Shown here: one piece after another, positions 49,465 through 53,725 of the stretch
Layout: the number at the start of each line of letters is the position of its first letter
Position numbering within the stretch: position 1 is the first letter of the stretch
Origin: Bacilli bacterium
Lineage (GTDB): Bacteria > Bacillota_I > Bacilli_A > RF39 > UBA660
NCBI GenBank assembly: GCA_017625395.1
Contig: JAGALD010000018.1
Location: 1-53,725, forward strand
Length of the DNA: 53,725 nt
Direction of reading: 5' to 3'
Notes under the pieces: generated by a model
What the model saw: the letters and a program-made list of their open reading frames with translations, nothing else
Database searches by the model: none
What the model was told of the DNA's origin: nothing
Translations under genes and position numbers: made by a program

Positions 49465-51045
49465 ATGAGGAAATACAAATGTGGTGATTATTTAAGGTTA
49501 TCAAAAGAGGACTTATTAAAAAAAGACGAGAGTACTTCAATTGAAAGTCAAAGAATGATTATTGAATCATTTTGTAAATATCATAACCTAGAACTTGTAG
49601 AAGAATATGTTGATGACGGATACTCTGGTGGTAATTTTGAAAGACCTGGATTTAAGAGAATGATTGAAGATATAGAATCAGGAAAAATAGATTGTATATT
49701 AACAAAAGATTTTTCGAGATTAGGTCGTGAGTTATACCAAACAGGTTCATTTATTGAAGATTACTTCAATGAAAAAGGTGTAAGATATATTGCAATAAAT
49801 GATGGTTATGATTCTCTTGAAGGAGATAGTATGATTTCAATGAAATTAACCTATAACGACTATACATTAAGAGATACATCGAAAAAGGTTAAATCAGCAT
49901 TTACTGCTAGACAAAAAAAAGGAGAGTATATTGGCTCAATTCCAAAGTATGGTTACTTGAAAGATCCAACTGACCATCACAAATTAGTTATAGACCCAAT
50001 TGCGTCATTAGTTGTTAAAAGAATTTTTAAAATGGCGTATGCAGGGAATAGTTGTTATAAGATAGCTAATATTTTAACTCTTGAAAAAGTTCCAATTCCA
50101 ATAATATATAAGAAAGAAACTAGAGGGGCAGTAATTACTGAAAATGATGGTTATGGAATTTGGAGACCTCAAACAATAAGAAGTATCTTAACAAGTGAAA
50201 TGTACTTAGGTCATATGGTTCAAAATACTTTCAATAAGATTAGATACAATTCAAAAAGAGTTAGAGCAGTAAAAAAAGAAGATTACATTATAGTTGAAAA
50301 TACTCACGAACCAATAATTGATAAAGAAATTTTTGATAAAGTAAATAAAGTGTTGAAAGCAAATTCAAAGACGGTAGAAAAGAATAAAGACAGATATTTA
50401 TTTAGTGGATTATTAAAATGTAAAGAATGTGGTCATACGATTAGCATTTTAGAAAGAAAGAATAAAGGAGATAAATCTCATTATACTCAATGCAATCAGT
50501 ATAGTAAAAAAGGAAAGTATGGAATATGCAATATCCATAGATTAAACTATAATCTACTAGAAGATGACTTGGTATCGGTTATTACTGATATATGCAAATC
50601 GTTTATTAAAGAATATGATGGTAAATCACTAACCGAAGAAGCAAATGCAATTTTGAATGAAGAAACAATTGAATTACAAAAACAAATAGATGTCTTTATA
50701 AAAGAAATAGCAAAATATAATACTGCTATTGAACAATTATATATGGATAAAGTACAAGGGAAGATTCCTGAAAATATATTTGCTAATTTACTTGATAGAT
50801 ATAATAAAGACTTAAATAATGCAACCACTCAAAAAAATGAATTAGAAAAAGATAAGATTAAAATGTTATCTAAAATAGAAAGTTTAGATTATGATGCTTG
50901 TGCAGAAATAGTAAAGAAGTTTTTATCATCTAAACATCCTACTCGTGCAATGATAGTTGAATTAATAGATAGGATAGAAATTGATAATGATAAAAATGTA
51001 AATGTATTTTTTAGATTTCAAGAACTTTCTAGTTATGTAAGGTAA
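49465..51045 (+). CDS. Large serine recombinase (integrase)
   Basis: YLRLS, DDGYSG, RPGF, DFSRLGR; recombinase domain; Zn ribbon CKECG..C..C; coiled coil; ends about 70 bp from attR. Confidence 0.95.
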   Translation: MRKYKCGDYLRLSKEDLLKKDESTSIESQRMIIESFCKYHNLELVEEYVDDGYSGGNFERPGFKRMIEDIESGKIDCILTKDFSRLGRELYQTGSFIEDYFNEKGVRYIAINDGYDSLEGDSMISMKLTYNDYTLRDTSKKVKSAFTARQKKGEYIGSIPKYGYLKDPTDHHKLVIDPIASLVVKRIFKMAYAGNSCYKIANILTLEKVPIPIIYKKETRGAVITENDGYGIWRPQTIRSILTSEMYLGHMVQNTFNKIRYNSKRVRAVKKEDYIIVENTHEPIIDKEIFDKVNKVLKANSKTVEKNKDRYLFSGLLKCKECGHTISILERKNKGDKSHYTQCNQYSKKGKYGICNIHRLNYNLLEDDLVSVITDICKSFIKEYDGKSLTEEANAILNEETIELQKQIDVFIKEIAKYNTAIEQLYMDKVQGKIPENIFANLLDRYNKDLNNATTQKNELEKDKIKMLSKIESLDYDACAEIVKKFLSSKHPTRAMIVELIDRIEIDNDKNVNVFFRFQELSSYVR

Positions 51046-51091
51046 TTTTTTTTAAAAGTTATTCATCTCCCATGAAAAAGCAACCTCAAAT

Positions 51092-51140
51092 ATTTTCTCC
51101 CATAAAACTTGTAACAGGTGTTACACTTCCTTTTCTTTCG
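51092..51140. other. attR of the ICE (core GGT 51117-51119)
   Basis: attttctcccataaaacttgtaaca-GG-tgttacacttcc; SEDS coding resumes here. Confidence 0.85.
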
Positions 51141-51215
51141 TATGGTGGAAGTAGTTTACTTATAAGTATGATAAGTATTGGGATTTTATTAAATATTTCG
51201 GATACTGCTAACTAA
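51117..51215 (+). pseudogene. spoVE: Detached 3' end of spoVE (32 codons plus stop)
   Basis: [32 protein letters not shown]: the universal SEDS C-terminal motif and last TM helix. Confidence 0.92.
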
Positions 51216-51412
51216 TATTAATATAGTTATTAATTAAAGAATAGTTTTATAATTTTTTCTTTAATTATGATAGAAGTTTTTTTATATTATTTTTTAGATT
51301 TTCATTTTATGTAAAAGATTGTAAGTTTAATGGGTTACAATCTTTTTTAATTCTTTGCAATAGTTTATAAAAAGTAAAATTAGATTTATGTTATAATATA
51401 GAAGGTGGTATT

Positions 51413-52858
51413 ATGAAGAAAGTAATAATGAATAAATACACGTTATTATTATTGTTTGCAATTTTTTTTGTGTTATTGTTTTCATATTCAACACTTTATA
51501 ATATAGGTAGTGGTGATTCTTCGATTTTTTTAACAATTGGAAAGTTTTGGAGTGATGGGAAAATTCCGTATGTTGATTTATTTGATCATAAAGGACCTTT
51601 AATATTTTTTATAAGTATGCTAGGTTATAAGATATTTGGATGTGCGCAAGGCGTTCTTCCATTTCAATTTGTTTCAATGTTTTTTTCTTTTTATTTTTTA
51701 GAAAAAATTGCTTTTTTAGAATTAAAGAATAAGAAAAAAAGTGTTTTTCTAACCTTTTTAACTCTTTGTTTTCTTCCTATTTTATACGGTGAGGGAAACT
51801 TGACTGAGGAATATTGTTTACCATTTATTACTTGTTGTATGTATTTAAATTTGAAATTTTTGAATACATATATTAAATCTAAAAAAATTAATCACAAAAG
51901 AATATATTCATTTATCTATGGAATTTCTTTATCCGTTTGTTTTTTAACTCGACTAACAAATTGCATTAGTATTTTAATAGGAATGGGTATTATATATATA
52001 ATTTTTCTTAAAGAAAAAAAGATAAAAATGTTGTTAGATAGTGTATTTTTTACAATATTAGGTTTTCTTACTTTGTTTTTACCGTTTGCTATTTATTTTT
52101 TATCAAAAAATTGTTTTTTTGATTTTATTTATGGTACGTTATTATATAATTTAGATTATGTAAGTAATTTGTTTTCTTGGGTTCATAATGAATATGTTCT
52201 AATATATATAGGTATTTATATTGTTTGTTTTTTTCCTAGTTATATTATTTTTATAATTGGAATTTTAAAATTTAGAAAAGAAAAGAATTTTAAGTTTATA
52301 TTTTATATGTTGTTAGGAATATGTGAAAATATATTGTTTTTAACAGGTAAGCTTTATCCTCATTATTCTATGATTACATTACCTAATTTTATTATTGCAT
52401 TATGTGAAATGGAAAATTATTTTAGAAAAAATAAGAATATATTTTATGTTCCAATTGTATTGTTTTTTTATTGTTGTTGTTTTGCTTATGCTTTTGATTT
52501 TGATGTTAAATTAAAAAATGAAAATTATAAGATAGACGAATTTATATCGCATCTTGATAATAAAGATTCATTTATTGCAGTTAATCTTGATGATTATAAA
52601 TCGATTTATATTAATAATGATATAGTTCCTTTTTATAAATATTTTGTTTTGCAAGATTGGCAAGCGTCAAATTCTAATAAAATGAAATTGGAATTAGTAA
52701 ATGAGTTTGAAAAAGGGAATGTAAAATATATTTTAATTCAAAATGAGATGGCAAGTGTTATTTATGATTTATTATTAAAAAAATATGATTATAAAGATAG
52801 TATAAAGGTAGATGAAAATGTTATAAGTCTTTATGAATTAAAAAAGGAGTTTAATTAA
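51413..52858 (+). CDS. GT-C fold membrane glycosyltransferase (ArnT/PMT-like)
   Basis: DSSIF..IG......IPYVDLFDHKGP, NLTEEY, many TMs. Confidence 0.75.
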   Translation: MKKVIMNKYTLLLLFAIFFVLLFSYSTLYNIGSGDSSIFLTIGKFWSDGKIPYVDLFDHKGPLIFFISMLGYKIFGCAQGVLPFQFVSMFFSFYFLEKIAFLELKNKKKSVFLTFLTLCFLPILYGEGNLTEEYCLPFITCCMYLNLKFLNTYIKSKKINHKRIYSFIYGISLSVCFLTRLTNCISILIGMGIIYIIFLKEKKIKMLLDSVFFTILGFLTLFLPFAIYFLSKNCFFDFIYGTLLYNLDYVSNLFSWVHNEYVLIYIGIYIVCFFPSYIIFIIGILKFRKEKNFKFIFYMLLGICENILFLTGKLYPHYSMITLPNFIIALCEMENYFRKNKNIFYVPIVLFFYCCCFAYAFDFDVKLKNENYKIDEFISHLDNKDSFIAVNLDDYKSIYINNDIVPFYKYFVLQDWQASNSNKMKLELVNEFEKGNVKYILIQNEMASVIYDLLLKKYDYKDSIKVDENVISLYELKKEFN

Positions 52859-52928
52859 ACTTCTTTTTTGTGTTAGATAATATATAATTTTTATTTATTT
52901 TGTGTGATATACTAAAGATGGTGATGGT

Positions 52929-53725
52929 ATGAAAAAACGTAATTTATTATTTTTATTTTCTGTTATGGTGATCTATGTAATTATTGGTTGTGGTTCTTGC
53001 TATAATATTTTTTCATATGGGTTAAATTATTTTTCAACGATAGAGAATAGACATTTTGCGCATTTTGAAGATGTTAAATTTAATAATTTTTTTAATGGTA
53101 ATTTGCAAACTAATTTGGAAAATTCTTTATCTGATCAGTTTTATCGTGCTGATGAATTGAGACTAAAATATTATGATAATCTTTTGTTTTTAGATTATAG
53201 AAATATTCCAAAATCTATTTGTAAAAACAAATATGTAAAGGTTGGTTCATTATTTGCTTCTTTTAATTGTGATGATTTATTTATGTATAGATATGATAAA
53301 AATTTTTATAATGATGTTATTTCGAAAATTGAAAATAATTTAATTATATATAATGAAATTAATAAATTAGTTGATTCATATTATTATTATATCCCTACTG
53401 GACAAGGTTATGATTTCGAAAATAATACTGATGAAGTTGATATAAAATATTATTTTGACCAGTATTTTGATAGTGATTATACATATTTTGAATTAGATAC
53501 TCGTAATTATTATGATTATCAAAAATATTTTTATAAAACTGATCATCATTGGAATCAGGATGGTTCTTATAAGGCCTATAGTGATATTATAACTACTATG
53601 ACAGGAGAGAAACCTAAAGAGATTTCTAAAAGATTAGATCTTACTGACGCTAACTTTTATGGTACTTTAGCAAGGCTAACTAAATATTTTGATATTAAAG
53701 AATCATTTTTTATTAACTATGTTGA
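52929..53725 (+). CDS. DHHW-family (AlgJ/AlgX-like) protein, 3'-truncated by the window
   Basis: ATG 52929, N-terminal TM, ENR motif, SDQF, in-frame YKTDHHWN at about 53533-53555. Confidence 0.75.
   Translation, partial: MKKRNLLFLFSVMVIYVIIGCGSCYNIFSYGLNYFSTIENRHFAHFEDVKFNNFFNGNLQTNLENSLSDQFYRADELRLKYYDNLLFLDYRNIPKSICKNKYVKVGSLFASFNCDDLFMYRYDKNFYNDVISKIENNLIIYNEINKLVDSYYYYIPTGQGYDFENNTDEVDIKYYFDQYFDSDYTYFELDTRNYYDYQKYFYKTDHHWNQDGSYKAYSDIITTMTGEKPKEISKRLDLTDANFYGTLARLTKYFDIKESFFINYV

Larger units (their letters stand above)
4254..51119. mobile_element. Integrative conjugative element, ~46.9 kb, large serine recombinase, MobL relaxase, inserted in spoVE
   Basis: Split host gene at both ends, inverted att arms, recombinase next to attR, and VirB4, VirD4, relaxase and oriT inside. 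Confidence 0.92.

Noticed and set aside
2786-50828. Short minus-strand and alternate-frame ORFs in the track (e.g. 3590-3850, 8438-8755, 13999-14193, 37886-38386, 41431-41823, 47753-48040)
   Set aside because: Shadows of well-supported plus-strand genes, with no RBS or motifs
4254-51119. Prophage
   Set aside because: Initiator, ArpU-like, XRE and SSB genes are phage-like, but there are no terminase, capsid, tail or lysis genes, and a full conjugation set is present

Overview
Very AT-rich DNA from a low-GC Firmicute (standard code; plausibly an uncultured Bacilli lineage, which is an inference). About 46.9 kb of the window (4254-51119) is one integrative conjugative element (ICE) inserted in the 3' part of a SEDS gene whose sequence looks like sporulation SpoVE rather than vegetative FtsW/RodA. 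The 5' part is at 3264-4256. The missing tail ([13 protein letters not shown] plus the last TM helix) lies in frame at 51117-51215, just past a large serine recombinase, so precise excision at the shared GGT core would rebuild a 362-aa protein. The ICE encodes a tandem degenerate SAM-MTase, a phage-type initiator with internal iterons, XRE regulators, a Type III R-M system, an ArpU-like regulator, a thioester-domain adhesin with a frameshifted sortase, SSB, a compact T4SS (pilin, VirB6, VirB3, VirB4, M23, VirD4), an oriT region with two RHH proteins and a MobL relaxase, a BsaA-SipW module, three XRE-membrane cassettes, a Y-family polymerase with YolD, and a 2106-aa ArdC-like/MTase/SNF2 protein. 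Less obvious structure: intrinsic terminators immediately before the RBS of backbone genes, a terminator/antiterminator switch before the T4SS genes, a shared C-terminal (D/E)(L/M)ER tail on six unrelated proteins, a catalytically dead resolvase domain, a candidate ~100-nt sRNA and an unannotated candidate RDF. Host flanks: a vWA surface protein with 14 x 27-bp repeats, a PH-domain protein, a GT-C glycosyltransferase and a DHHW protein. All family calls come from motif recognition by eye; no searches were run.
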